Assembly (NCBI GenBank): GCA_965203905.1
Contig: CBDBDQ010000005.1
Location: 3,136,001-3,200,000, forward strand
Direction: 5' to 3'
Source of the DNA: Spirochaetia bacterium
GTDB taxonomy: Bacteria; Spirochaetota; Spirochaetia; SZUA-6; Bin103
Length of the DNA: 64,000 bases
Numbering within the stretch: position 1 is the stretch's first letter; the number at the start of each line of letters is the position of its first letter. The notes beneath the pieces are model-generated. The model was not told the DNA's origin. It did no database searches and saw only the letters and a program-made list of their open reading frames with translations. The position numbers and the translations under genes are program-made. Below are positions 17,940 to 27,826 of the stretch, piece by piece.

Positions 17940-18770
17940 TCAGCCCTTGATGGAGCCTATCGTGGCTCCCCTGATCAGGTTGCGATGGAACACGAAGTAG
18001 AACAGGACGGTGGGAATGGTCGCCACCACCAGCCCGGCCAGGAGCGGTCCCCAATCGGTGCTGTAGCGGCCGATAAAATTGGTCAGCCCAATGGGCAGCG
18101 TCTTTGCCGCATTCGGTTTCATGACCACCAGCGCGAACAGGAATTCGTCCCAGAAGTAGAGAAAGTTGAAAATCAATACGGTAGAGATACCGCCCAGCGA
18201 CACCGGCATCACAATACGATAGAAGGTGGTCAGGTGGCTGCACCCGTCGATCTTCGCGGCCTCGATGATCTCGTCGGGAAACGCGCGGAAGTAGGTCTGC
18301 AGCAGCAGCGTCGTGAAGGGCGCCCGGAACGCCACGTAGGGCAGGATCAAGCCCAGCGGCTTTGCCAGCAGCCCGAGATCTATGACGAAGAAGTAGAGGG
18401 GGATCAGAAACGAGTGTATGGGAATGCCGATCATTCCGATGAGCGCGATGGTAAGCAGGTTCTTGCCCCAGAAGCGCAGCTTGGCGATGGAGTAGCCCGC
18501 GAGCAGTGAAATGACCGTTACCAGGATCAGAGACGACGAGGTTATCACGATGCTGTTCTTCAGGTAGATCCCGAGCGTGATTCCCTGCTGGCGGAATTTG
18601 CCGAAATCGTAGTTCTCGAAGTACCACTTGGTCGGCAGGCTGAACAGTTTGGTCTGGATCTCCAGCGACGGCTTGAACGAGGAATAGAACAGCCATACCA
18701 GGGGGGAGAGCTGGAACAGTCCCCAGAGGATCAGGACGACATGGAACGCACCAAGGTGTTTCTTGGTCAT
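17940..18770 (-). CDS. Carbohydrate ABC transporter permease (MalG-type)
   Basis: EAAKIDGCS EAA loop, WDEFLFAL, KTLPIGL. Confidence 0.92.
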   Translation of the reverse strand: MTKKHLGAFHVVLILWGLFQLSPLVWLFYSSFKPSLEIQTKLFSLPTKWYFENYDFGKFRQQGITLGIYLKNSIVITSSSLILVTVISLLAGYSIAKLRFWGKNLLTIALIGMIGIPIHSFLIPLYFFVIDLGLLAKPLGLILPYVAFRAPFTTLLLQTYFRAFPDEIIEAAKIDGCSHLTTFYRIVMPVSLGGISTVLIFNFLYFWDEFLFALVVMKPNAAKTLPIGLTNFIGRYSTDWGPLLAGLVVATIPTVLFYFVFHRNLIRGATIGSIKG

Positions 18771-19672
18771 GGCTTGTCGCGATATCCGGAGATGCGAGTG
18801 TAGAACACGGACAGGATCAGTGACACGACCAGGATCACGATGGCGATCACGGAGCTGTAGCCGTAGCGGTTCGACCAGATGCCGGTCTGATACAGGTGCG
18901 TGCCCAACACTTCGGTGGCACCGGCGGGTCCCCCTCGCGTCATGATCCAGATGATGTCGAATACCTTGAAGGTGCTGATCAGCAGCAGCAGGGCCACGAT
19001 GGAGAACGCGTTCTTCAGGATCGGTATGGTAATCGAGAAAATGCGGCGGATGACGGTCGCCCCGTCGATTTCCGCGGCCTCGTAGATGTCCTCGTCGATG
19101 GCTTGCATTGCGGCCAGGAAGATCACCATCGGAAACCCGCTGTGCTGCCAGATGACGATGCCGATGATGACGCTCATCGCGAGACTGGGATCGGCCAACC
19201 AGTCCTGTTGCAGCACCTCCAGGCGGACGATTCCGAACAGCGTGTTGAGGACGCCGTAGGGATCCACGATGCGCAGCCAGAGCAGCGCCACCACGGCGGT
19301 GGATACGGTGATCGGCAGGAAGAACACGAAGCGGTACAGGCGCCAGAAGCGTACCCGCAGGTCGATGATGGCGGCCAGCGCGAAGCCCACCGCGAGCAGC
19401 CCGAGAGAGGCGCCGATCGAGTACTTGAACGAGTTGCCCAGGGCGGTCCAGAAGTAGCGGTCTTTGCCGAACATGCGCACGTAGTTGTCTATTCCGACGA
19501 ACTCCCAGGGACCGATTCCGTCCCACTTGTAGAACGACAACAGCAGCGATTGAACGAGCGGATAGGCGATGAACGCGAGGATGAAGAATACCACCGGCAG
19601 CACGAACAGGTAGCCGGTGAGATATTCGGAATGGTCCCGTCTGGTACGCCGTCTGGGCGCAATCGTGGACAT
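18767..19672 (-). CDS. Carbohydrate ABC transporter permease (MalF-type)
   Basis: YEAAEIDGA, FDIIWIMTRGGP. Confidence 0.92.
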   Translation of the reverse strand: MSTIAPRRRTRRDHSEYLTGYLFVLPVVFFILAFIAYPLVQSLLLSFYKWDGIGPWEFVGIDNYVRMFGKDRYFWTALGNSFKYSIGASLGLLAVGFALAAIIDLRVRFWRLYRFVFFLPITVSTAVVALLWLRIVDPYGVLNTLFGIVRLEVLQQDWLADPSLAMSVIIGIVIWQHSGFPMVIFLAAMQAIDEDIYEAAEIDGATVIRRIFSITIPILKNAFSIVALLLLISTFKVFDIIWIMTRGGPAGATEVLGTHLYQTGIWSNRYGYSSVIAIVILVVSLILSVFYTRISGYRDKP

Positions 19673-19683
19673 GCGCTAAACGC

Positions 19684-19717
19684 GGCACGGAGAGCGCGCC
19701 GGGGCGCTCTCCATGCC
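19684..19717. terminator. Intergenic stem-loop after the SBP gene (mRNA stabiliser or attenuator)
   Basis: GGAGAGCGC / GCGCTCTCC 9-bp stem, extended by GGCA/TGCC; no U-tract. Confidence 0.55.
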
Positions 19718-19733
19718 TGCCGGAGCCGGCTCT

Positions 19734-21050
19734 TTACTCGAGTACGGCTACTGCGGCTTCGTGGAAGAAGTCGACCACCTCGTCGACGCTCATGCTGCCG
19801 GCGATAAGCGACGCGTTGGCGTGGTTGAAGTCCTTGTTGCGCTGCGGACTGGCCCAGGGGTCGAACAGGTCCGCCGAGCCGTTCTTCTGCACCGCCTCGA
19901 CCACCGATGCCATCATCGGGTTGGCCACCTGCGAGATGTCCTCGGGCGTCACGCACATGCAGGCACTCAAGAGGCTGGCGTCGTAGGAGAGTATCGCGTA
20001 GTCCCGCTCCGTCAGCTTGTCCATGATGTCCAGCACGGCCTCCAGCTTCTGCTCGGTGATCCAGGCCGGAACGGTGAGGCCATTGGCGAATCCGGTGAGC
20101 ATGACGGTGTTACCGTTGTGGGGCGGCATCACGAAGTGGTTGTAGTTCAGGTCCGGAGCCTCGTTGTTGAGGATGCCGATGCCCCAGGTTCCCGTGTTGT
20201 GCATCGCCGCCTCGCCCTTGGTGAACAGCAGGCGCGCCGCGCCTTCATCCATGGATATGGCCCCACGCGGAAACATCTCGAGCTGATTCATGGAGTCGAT
20301 GAATTCGTAGGCCTGGCGCACGCCGGGGTGCTTGAAGATCTCGGCGGTCTCCACCGACTTGTCGGCATCACGTTCCCAGAACAGCAGCTCATTGAATTCT
20401 TCCTTGGTCATGTAACGGGCGAACAGGTTGGTGATGATCTTGTTGAGCCGCGAAGGGTGCTTCGAGCCCATCGCCCACGGGATGTAACCGGCTGCCTTGA
20501 ACTTCTCACCCAGCGTGAGGATGTCGTCGAGTTCCGCCGGCGGCTCCACGCCCACTTCCGCGAAGATGTCCTCGTTGTAGTAGTAGACCGGCGAGACGAT
20601 CCAGTCGGTGCTGAAGAAGGGAAAGCTACCATCGGGCATTCGATACTGCTGTACCGCCGGGTACAGCGCGTCGGACCAGCCGCGCTCCTCGTAGTGGGGT
20701 GCCAAGTCGACCACCAGGCCTTCCTGTCCGTAGCGGTCGGTGCGCATGCCGCCGATGGTCCATATCAGGTCCACATCCTCGGCCTGGCTCGCCAGCGCGG
20801 GGTAGGTGGTCTCGTAGAGGTTGTCGAACTGCTGCACGATCAGATTCAAGGATACGTCGGGGTTCTCCGCCTCGTACTTGTCCTTGATCTTGTGCCACCA
20901 TTCGGACTCGGTGCCGGCCAGAACCCACATGTTGACGGCGACCGGCCCCTGTTCCTGGGCAGCAGTCTCTTCCTGTGCCGCCGCGGTTGCCAGCATCGGC
21001 ACGATGCCGAAGCAGAGCGTGGCCAGAGCCACGCCGAACGTTCTCTTCAT
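19734..21050 (-). CDS. Carbohydrate ABC transporter substrate-binding protein
   Basis: AAGGAGG RBS, signal peptide, YYNEDIFAEVGV, FTKGEAAM. Confidence 0.9.
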   Translation of the reverse strand: MKRTFGVALATLCFGIVPMLATAAAQEETAAQEQGPVAVNMWVLAGTESEWWHKIKDKYEAENPDVSLNLIVQQFDNLYETTYPALASQAEDVDLIWTIGGMRTDRYGQEGLVVDLAPHYEERGWSDALYPAVQQYRMPDGSFPFFSTDWIVSPVYYYNEDIFAEVGVEPPAELDDILTLGEKFKAAGYIPWAMGSKHPSRLNKIITNLFARYMTKEEFNELLFWERDADKSVETAEIFKHPGVRQAYEFIDSMNQLEMFPRGAISMDEGAARLLFTKGEAAMHNTGTWGIGILNNEAPDLNYNHFVMPPHNGNTVMLTGFANGLTVPAWITEQKLEAVLDIMDKLTERDYAILSYDASLLSACMCVTPEDISQVANPMMASVVEAVQKNGSADLFDPWASPQRNKDFNHANASLIAGSMSVDEVVDFFHEAAVAVLE

Positions 21051-21071
21051 TCGTCCCCTCCTTAGGAGATC

Positions 21072-21115
21072 GTAGCGAATCAGGTAACCCCTGATTACAG
21101 AACGATTGACGCTAC
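21072..21115. promoter_or_regulatory. Candidate operator upstream of the SBP gene
   Basis: AATCAGG-N5-CCTGATT inverted repeat (21078-21096) nested within GTAGCG/CGCTAC. Confidence 0.4.
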
Positions 21116-21153
21116 CACGGCGCACACCGGCTCGCAAGTCGGTGTAGCGACCG

Positions 21154-22776
21154 TTACCGGTAGCGGAGAATGAACTCGGCGCTCTCCACGGTCAGCGGAG
21201 CGGCTACCTGGGAGTTGCGGCCCCGGACCGTGATCCGCAGCCGGTTCCAGCCCTGCCGCAGCGTTTCGGGTGACAGCGTGAACTCGTACCAGAAGTCGTT
21301 GTAGAGAATCCTCGAGGTTGCGGAGGCGGTGTCCAGCGGCGTGTCGTTGAGCTGGCAATCCAGGGCGTCGCGCGCCGTCAGGTTGACCACCAGGAGGCGC
21401 AGCGTCGCCTGGACGAAGGAGCCGCGAGCGGCAGCGGAGGGGACGTCGTCCGCGATGTCGATGTCGATGTCGACCGCGTCACCGGCGGCGTGCATCTCTG
21501 TCGGCAGCGGTCCCGCGGGCACCGGCGGTGCGCCCAGCTCCCGCGCCCACTCCAGCCACTCGTGGGGGTTGTCCGCCACGTAGTGCTTGTCGCGCTCGGC
21601 GATGAGCGCGGGATCCGCGATCTCTCCCCAGGGAACCCGCCCGTAGCGGTCGTCCCACCAGTACTCGATGACGTGGTTGTTCCACAGGTACAGGCCGTCC
21701 ACCCCCGCGCGCCAGTAGTTGGCTGCCGCGGCACGGCACATGGCGTCGGGATAGACTCCCGGCTCGTGGTAGAGCACGCGGGCCGAATGCGGTCTGCCGT
21801 ACCAGAACATGCCGAGGTTCTGGGCGATCACCTGCACGTCGCTGCCGCGACACGCCTGGACGTACTCCTCCACCGGCACCCGGTGCATGCTGGTGTGCAC
21901 CACGCCGGCGATGAGAATGTCCACCAGCCCCAGTTCCAGCCAGGTCTTCACGTCGATGCCGAAGGCTCCCGCCAGGGCGAACGTGGGCGGCACCCGAACC
22001 GACAGCAGCAGACGCCTGCCGATCCGTTCACTCTTGCGATCCAGTGCCGCCCTGATCCGGCCCAGGAGGTCGGTCAGCAGTTCGGCTCCCTGAGCCTCCC
22101 TGCCCTCGGCAAACAGGCGTGGAAACCGACAGAAGTCCAGGTCCAGGCCGTCCAGCTCGTAGTTCTCGATCGCCTCGGAGGCCAGTGCCAGCTTGTAGTC
22201 ACGCACCGCGGCGGCGCCGAAGTCGTAGGCGAACCGGGAGATGCCGCCGATCCGGCGCGCGGCCGGCTCGCTGACCGGGCCGAGCAGCCACTCCGGATGT
22301 GCCCGCTTGCGCGGCGAGAACAACGGGTGCTCCGGCCCCGGCAGGCTGCCGTCGTGGATATCGTTCACCCGAAACGAGAGAAACACCTCCAGCCCGGCGC
22401 GGTGGCCGTGCTCGATCACCACCGCCGCGGGATCGGTGCCCTCGGCCAGCAGGCTGCGCGTGTTCTCGTACATGCGCCAGCTCCCGGCCGAGTCGAAGCC
22501 GGCGCCGTCAGCGCCGAATCGAGGACCGATCCTGGTGTCATGGGAGTACACGTCGGACAGCCGGTGCGACGGCGTGGCAAGGCCGGGGTCGGTGCCCAGT
22601 TGCCAGTAGAGGGTGTCAACCTGGGTGCCGACGAGCGGGCCGACGGTGGCGTCGGCAAGTCCCTGCGCTCCGATCGGCGCCTCCCTGGTGAGACCCTGCA
22701 GGGTGCCGCCGTCGTTGCACAGAATGAGGCGGTGGGGGCGCCCGTCGCGGGACGTCGGGCCGTTGTTGCGAGTCAT
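21154..22776 (-). CDS. Putative glycoside hydrolase (GHL10-like), paralog of 16209-17924
   Basis: LILCNDGG, FRVNDIHD, YELDGLDLDFCR, GVDGLYLWN. Confidence 0.75.
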   Translation of the reverse strand: MTRNNGPTSRDGRPHRLILCNDGGTLQGLTREAPIGAQGLADATVGPLVGTQVDTLYWQLGTDPGLATPSHRLSDVYSHDTRIGPRFGADGAGFDSAGSWRMYENTRSLLAEGTDPAAVVIEHGHRAGLEVFLSFRVNDIHDGSLPGPEHPLFSPRKRAHPEWLLGPVSEPAARRIGGISRFAYDFGAAAVRDYKLALASEAIENYELDGLDLDFCRFPRLFAEGREAQGAELLTDLLGRIRAALDRKSERIGRRLLLSVRVPPTFALAGAFGIDVKTWLELGLVDILIAGVVHTSMHRVPVEEYVQACRGSDVQVIAQNLGMFWYGRPHSARVLYHEPGVYPDAMCRAAAANYWRAGVDGLYLWNNHVIEYWWDDRYGRVPWGEIADPALIAERDKHYVADNPHEWLEWARELGAPPVPAGPLPTEMHAAGDAVDIDIDIADDVPSAAARGSFVQATLRLLVVNLTARDALDCQLNDTPLDTASATSRILYNDFWYEFTLSPETLRQGWNRLRITVRGRNSQVAAPLTVESAEFILRYR

Positions 22777-23597
22777 CGGATTGCTCCTGAGCCGAGTCCC
22801 GTCACGAAGTACTTCTGGGCCAGCAGCACGAACATGACCGGCGGAATCAGCATTACGGTGGCGACGGCGGTCATCGACGGCCAGATGATGCCCTGTTGGG
22901 TAATGAAGAAGGTGACGGCAACCGGCAGCGTCTTGGCGCGTTCGAAGGCCAGCACCGACATGATCTCGAAGTCGTTCCAGGCCAGCAGGAAGGTGAGAAA
23001 GGCAACGGTCAGCAGGCCGGGCAGAATCAGGGGGATGACGATGCGCACGATCGTCTGCAGCCGGTTGCAGCCGTCGATCAGGGCCGACTCCTCGACCTCC
23101 ATCGGTACGTCCAGGATGTAGCCGCGGAGCAGCCACACGGCGAGCGGAATGCCGATCGCCGAATACGCCAGCACCAGCGACATGATGGTGTCCAGCAGAC
23201 CCAGCATGTTGACGAACAGGTAGAGCGGCAGGATGGTTGCAATCGGTGGCAGCATACGCGTGGCCAGGATCAGCAGTCCGGCGGCATTGCGACCGCGAAA
23301 TCGCATTCTCGCCAGGCTGTACGCGGCGCACAGCGATGCCGCTACGGTGATTATCGTGGTGATTCCGGCGGCCTTCACGCTGTTCCAGGTGAAGCGTCCG
23401 AGTTCCACGCCGAAGGCCCTGCCAAACAGCAGATCGGAATACGCCGCGAGCGTTGGCTGGAAGATCAGCTTGGGTGGAATGGCGATGGCGTCCAGCTCGG
23501 TCTTGATCGATGTCAGCACCGTCCACAGCGCCGGTACCAGGTTCACGAACGCCACCAGAATGATGACGACGTAGCAGAATGCCGCTGGCAGCTTCAT
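22773..23597 (-). CDS. Carbohydrate ABC transporter permease
   Basis: EESALIDGC, LAWNDF, KTLPVAV. Confidence 0.92.
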   Translation of the reverse strand: MKLPAAFCYVVIILVAFVNLVPALWTVLTSIKTELDAIAIPPKLIFQPTLAAYSDLLFGRAFGVELGRFTWNSVKAAGITTIITVAASLCAAYSLARMRFRGRNAAGLLILATRMLPPIATILPLYLFVNMLGLLDTIMSLVLAYSAIGIPLAVWLLRGYILDVPMEVEESALIDGCNRLQTIVRIVIPLILPGLLTVAFLTFLLAWNDFEIMSVLAFERAKTLPVAVTFFITQQGIIWPSMTAVATVMLIPPVMFVLLAQKYFVTGLGSGAIR

Positions 23598-24481
23598 TCC
23601 TTGTGCTCCACGTACAGCGTCTTGACGATGGTCAGCCCGAGCAACAGGGTCAGCAGCAGCAACGAGTAGGAGATCGCGGAGGTAGTGCCGAACTCCCAGG
23701 TCTTGCGGAAGTGCTCGTACAGGTACACGCCCAGGAACTCGCCCGCGTTGCCGGGCCCGGGGCCGCCGTAGATGCTGAACACGACGGCGAACACGCGCAA
23801 CGCAAAGATGCTCAGGAAGAGAATGCCCACGACCGCCGCCGGCCGCAGCCAGGGGAGAATGATGTACCAGAACTGCTGCCGCCGGGTGGCGCCGTCGATT
23901 ACCGCCGCTTCGACATGCTCGGTGGGCAGCGACTGCAGCGCGGCGAGCAGGATCAGCACCATGAACGGGGACTGGCGCCAGGTATGCACCACGGTGATTA
24001 CCGGCAGCGTCAGCGATGGGTTGCTGAGCCACTCCGCCTTGCGAAAGCCGAGCCAGTTCAGGAGGTAGTTGAGGATCCCCCATTGCTCGTGCAGGATGAT
24101 GCGCCACATCAGTCCTACCGCAACCGGCGTCAGCACCAGGGGAAACATCACCGCCACCCGAAAGAAGCGCTGCAGACGGATCCCCGAGTTGAGCACCATC
24201 GAGACCACCAGGCCGATCACCAGCGATGCCGAGATATGTACCGTGGCGAGAATCAGCGTCCTGCGCAGCGCGTGCAGAAAGCGCCTGTTGCTGAATACCT
24301 CGATGAAGTTGTCCAGGCCGACGAAGCTCGGCGGTTGCTGCCGTATCGGGTTCCATTCGAATACGGTCAGGTAGCCGCTCCACAGCCACGGGTAGACCAG
24401 CACCGCGATGAGAATGGCGAACGCCGGCGCCAGCCAGAGATACGGGTAGATGGGACGCGCGGAGAGCGGGGTGGCGGCCAT
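23594..24481 (-). CDS. Carbohydrate ABC transporter permease
   Basis: EAAVIDGA, GGPGPG. Confidence 0.92.
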   Translation of the reverse strand: MAATPLSARPIYPYLWLAPAFAILIAVLVYPWLWSGYLTVFEWNPIRQQPPSFVGLDNFIEVFSNRRFLHALRRTLILATVHISASLVIGLVVSMVLNSGIRLQRFFRVAVMFPLVLTPVAVGLMWRIILHEQWGILNYLLNWLGFRKAEWLSNPSLTLPVITVVHTWRQSPFMVLILLAALQSLPTEHVEAAVIDGATRRQQFWYIILPWLRPAAVVGILFLSIFALRVFAVVFSIYGGPGPGNAGEFLGVYLYEHFRKTWEFGTTSAISYSLLLLTLLLGLTIVKTLYVEHKE

Positions 24482-24489
24482 TCAGGTGT

Positions 24490-24527
24490 CCACGCAGGCC
24501 ACCCCGGCTGGGCGGTGGCCTGCGTGG
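24490..24527. terminator. Intergenic stem-loop after the SBP gene
   Basis: Perfect 14-bp stem CCACGCAGGCCACC / GGTGGCCTGCGTGG. Confidence 0.65.
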
Positions 24528-24535
24528 CGATTCGG

Positions 24536-25876
24536 TTACTGGCCGATCAGGTCGGCCAGCCGGCTGGCAATGTTTTCCAGTGTGGTCTTGGCATCCTGGC
24601 GACCGAGGAAGTAGGCCTGGACCTCTTCGTGGTTGAGAATGCTCAGTTGCTCGGTGCCCTCGAAAATCGGCGTGGTGGTCATGCCGGGCAATGCCGCCAG
24701 CGCATCCTGCGATGCCTGGCCGCCGGGATTGAACGCGTTGAACTCCTGCGACGCCATCACCGCAAAGTGCGGAGGTCCGTTGAACTTCTCCAGCGCCATA
24801 CGGAGCTGTGCGTCGAAGTTGGTGCTCACGAACTTGATGAGCTCGTAGGCGGCATCCTTCTTCTCGCTGTTCTTGTCGATGCCCAGGGACCAGCCATTGA
24901 TGTTGACCGCGGCGTGAGCCGGACCGAGCTGTTCCTGGGGCAGGGGAGCGTAGCCCCACAGACCGGTGGTGGTCGACACTTCCGGGTCTTCGATGCGGCC
25001 GATGTGACTGTTCTGAAAGGTGAGGATCCCGACCTGGCCCTGCTGCATGAGCTGGAACACGTCGAAGATGTTGGTGCCCAGCGGGTTGGGGACCAGGCTT
25101 TCGTCGATGAAGCTCTTGATCCATTCGAGACGCTCGACGGCGTAGTCGCTGGTCAGGGCGTCGCTGACGGCACTCAGGTCCTCGGTCAGATAGCGGCCTC
25201 CCGGCATCACGAACCAGTCCGACAGCAACTGGGTCGTGTCGCGGTGGCTGGAGGCGCGGAACACCGATCCCCATCTGCTGCGATCGCCCTCCGGACCTTC
25301 GGTGAGTTTTTCGGCAACGCTCTTGAGTTCCGCGTAGGTGGTGGGAATCGACAGCCCCATGTCGGCCATCAGGTCCTTGCGGTAGGCCATGATGATCACG
25401 CCCACGCGATATGGCAGCCCGATGATGTTGCCGTCGTACACGAACACGCTGTCGAGCCCGGTGACGATCTCCTTGACGTCGGCCGGCCCCAAGCGGTCGA
25501 TGTAATCATCCAGCGGTTCGACGAAGGGCCCGTAGATCGCCGGCCACAGGTTGGTAACGGGAACCACGTCGAACACCGCGTCGCCGGACATGAACTGGCG
25601 CAGCCCCTTGTCGTAGATCTCCACGGAGTTGCCCCAGATGCTCGGCACCGCCTTGTACTTGCCCTTGTACTCGGCGTTGAACATCTGAATCGCCAGCACG
25701 AGCGGCTCGCCGCCGCCGCCCGCCGGGGTCAGCACGTTGATGACTACCGGCTCATCGGAGTCCATCTCGGCGGCCTCGTCGGCGGCCTGCTCCTGCGGAG
25801 CGCTCGCAAAGAGAGGGACGCTCAGCACGAACAACGCCCCTGCCACAAGTTGGATCAAGCCAATCGTTCGATTCAT
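24536..25876 (-). CDS. Carbohydrate ABC transporter substrate-binding protein
   Basis: AGGAGG RBS, signal peptide ending LFAS, GLPYR..YRKDL, GWSLGI. Confidence 0.9.
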   Translation of the reverse strand: MNRTIGLIQLVAGALFVLSVPLFASAPQEQAADEAAEMDSDEPVVINVLTPAGGGGEPLVLAIQMFNAEYKGKYKAVPSIWGNSVEIYDKGLRQFMSGDAVFDVVPVTNLWPAIYGPFVEPLDDYIDRLGPADVKEIVTGLDSVFVYDGNIIGLPYRVGVIIMAYRKDLMADMGLSIPTTYAELKSVAEKLTEGPEGDRSRWGSVFRASSHRDTTQLLSDWFVMPGGRYLTEDLSAVSDALTSDYAVERLEWIKSFIDESLVPNPLGTNIFDVFQLMQQGQVGILTFQNSHIGRIEDPEVSTTTGLWGYAPLPQEQLGPAHAAVNINGWSLGIDKNSEKKDAAYELIKFVSTNFDAQLRMALEKFNGPPHFAVMASQEFNAFNPGGQASQDALAALPGMTTTPIFEGTEQLSILNHEEVQAYFLGRQDAKTTLENIASRLADLIGQ

Positions 25877-25897
25877 GATTCAACCTCCTGACGCAGC

Positions 25898-25951
25898 AAC
25901 ATAGCACCCTGTTGCGGTGGCTGCAAGCAACATCATTGCCGAATTGCCGAA
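25898..25951 (-). promoter_or_regulatory. Promoter for the second sugar ABC operon, with repeats
   Basis: TTGCAG-17-TATGTT; GCAACA-N8-TGTTGC inverted repeat overlapping the -10; ATTGCCGA x2 upstream. Confidence 0.5.
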
Positions 25952-26010
25952 CAAATTCGCTGTCGATCACGGTGCGGAAAGCACGAGGGCGGCCGGCCGA
26001 TTGCGTCGGT

Positions 26011-26553
26011 TTATCTCAGGGCCGCCAGGGCGTCCAGGACGCGGCCGGTGTAGCCGGGCTCCAGCTCGATGAGGCAGGTGCCGAACCAGAACACCGGGTG
26101 GTGCGAGGCCACGATGATCTGGTAACCACGCTCGCATACCGCCTCCATGAGACGCTTGATCCGCTGCACCGCGGCGAAGTCCTGCCCCGCCTCCGGCTCG
26201 TCCACCAGCAGGGTCATGCCGCGCGGGCCGGCGGGCAGGGCGGCCAGGGTATGGCGGATCATCTGCCCGTGCGACGAAAAGTTGCCGCGCAGGCGCAGCG
26301 CCATCTCGGCCGGGGTGCGCGCCGGAGCGGACGCCACGCGCGGGTTCATCAGCTCGGTGTCGAACAGCCGGCGTTCGGCGCTGTCCTTGAACTGCAGTTC
26401 GCAGTCGGTGCCCTGCAGCAGGGCCTTGATGATGGTGCTCTTGCCGGACCCGTTGGGACCGGCCAGGGTGTTCAGCCCGGGGGCGAAGTCGAGCCGGCTC
26501 TTGCGCCGCACGCGGCGCTGCCACTTGAACTGCAGGCGCGCGTGCTCGATCAC
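26011..26553 (-). CDS. Short stand-alone ABC-type (AAA_21-like) ATPase
   Basis: GPNGSGKST, SHGQ signature, LLVDEPE, IVASHH. Confidence 0.8.
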   Translation of the reverse strand: MIEHARLQFKWQRRVRRKSRLDFAPGLNTLAGPNGSGKSTIIKALLQGTDCELQFKDSAERRLFDTELMNPRVASAPARTPAEMALRLRGNFSSHGQMIRHTLAALPAGPRGMTLLVDEPEAGQDFAAVQRIKRLMEAVCERGYQIIVASHHPVFWFGTCLIELEPGYTGRVLDALAALR

Positions 26554-26709
26554 ACCCTGTTCCCGGCGCCCGGGTCCGTCGCGGGCGCTGCCGCGAGCGA
26601 GCGACTCATGGCGCTACCTTTGCGGCTGGGGTTTGCGGCGTCAACTCACCGGCTGGTGGGGATGGGGGCGCGTGGCGGTTGGGCGGCGTGTCGGGCTACT
26701 GTAGGAACC

Positions 26710-27762
26710 ATGAGTGGCAAGTTGGAGCAGTATGTCGCGGCGGCGCAGGCGGGAACGGACCTCACCGTGGACGAGGCGCAGGCGTGTGCCGATGCGGTGT
26801 TTGCGACCGCGGCCGATGAGGTGGATCAGGTCGCGGCGCTGCTGCGGGCGCTGGCCGCGAAGGGGGAGGCGGTCACCGAGGTGGTGGGGTTCGCGCGCGC
26901 CATCCTGGAGCGCGCCACTCCGGCACCGGCTCCGATTCTCGGCACCGGTGTGGACCTGGCCGGCACCGGCGGCAGCGGGCTGGAGCGGTTCAACGTGTCC
27001 ACCGCGGCGTCGTTCGCAGTGGCCGCCGCCGGTACCGGCGTGGTGAAGCACGGCAACCGGGGGTCGCGCCAGCCCAACGGCAGCATGGACTTTCTGGATG
27101 CACTCGGCATCGACTACGGGCTGGCCCCGGAGGCGATGGTCGACTGCTACCAGGCGTCGCGGCTGGCGTTCTTCTTTGCCCGCGCGTGGCACCCGGCCAT
27201 GGCCGCGGTGGCGCCGGCGCGACAGCAGGTGGCACGGCGCACGATCTTCAACCTGGCGGCGCCGCTGTGCAACCCGGCGCAGCCGCCGTACCAGCTCATG
27301 GGGGCCAGCAGCGTGGCCGCCGCGGAGATGCTCATCGAGGTGCTGCGCCAGCTTGGCCGGCGCCGGGCATTGGTTGTGTGCGGCGCGCCCGGCATCGACG
27401 ACCTCTCCATCTCGGGCCCGACCGACGCGTTCGAGCTCGACTCAGGAACGGTGCGGCGCCACACCCTCAGTCCGGATCAGTTCGGTATCGACGCGGTTGC
27501 CTTCGACCGGCTGCCGGCGGGCAGTGGAGCCGACAACGCCATTACCTTCACCGACCTGGTTCGGGACCTCGCCGCCGGTACCGCCGAGTCGCCGTTGGCC
27601 GACCTGATCTGCGTCAATGCGGGCGCGGCGCTCTACTGCGCGGAGGCCGCGGAGAGCATTGCCGCCGGCTGTGCCAGGGCCCGCGAAGCATTCGCCGACG
27701 GCAGCGTCGGCCGCCAGATCGCACGGTATCGCGAACACGCGGGAGCAACGGCGGGCGGCTGA
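26710..27762 (+). CDS. trpD: Anthranilate phosphoribosyltransferase
   Basis: GTGGSG..FNVST, KHGNR, HPAM, RTIFNLAAPLCNP. Confidence 0.92.
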   Translation: MSGKLEQYVAAAQAGTDLTVDEAQACADAVFATAADEVDQVAALLRALAAKGEAVTEVVGFARAILERATPAPAPILGTGVDLAGTGGSGLERFNVSTAASFAVAAAGTGVVKHGNRGSRQPNGSMDFLDALGIDYGLAPEAMVDCYQASRLAFFFARAWHPAMAAVAPARQQVARRTIFNLAAPLCNPAQPPYQLMGASSVAAAEMLIEVLRQLGRRRALVVCGAPGIDDLSISGPTDAFELDSGTVRRHTLSPDQFGIDAVAFDRLPAGSGADNAITFTDLVRDLAAGTAESPLADLICVNAGAALYCAEAAESIAAGCARAREAFADGSVGRQIARYREHAGATAGG

Positions 27763-27826
27763 CGGCCGATCAGCAGCAGCCCGTGGTGGAACCGGGATGG
27801 ATCGCCGTTCGAATGCAGCCGGAGTT

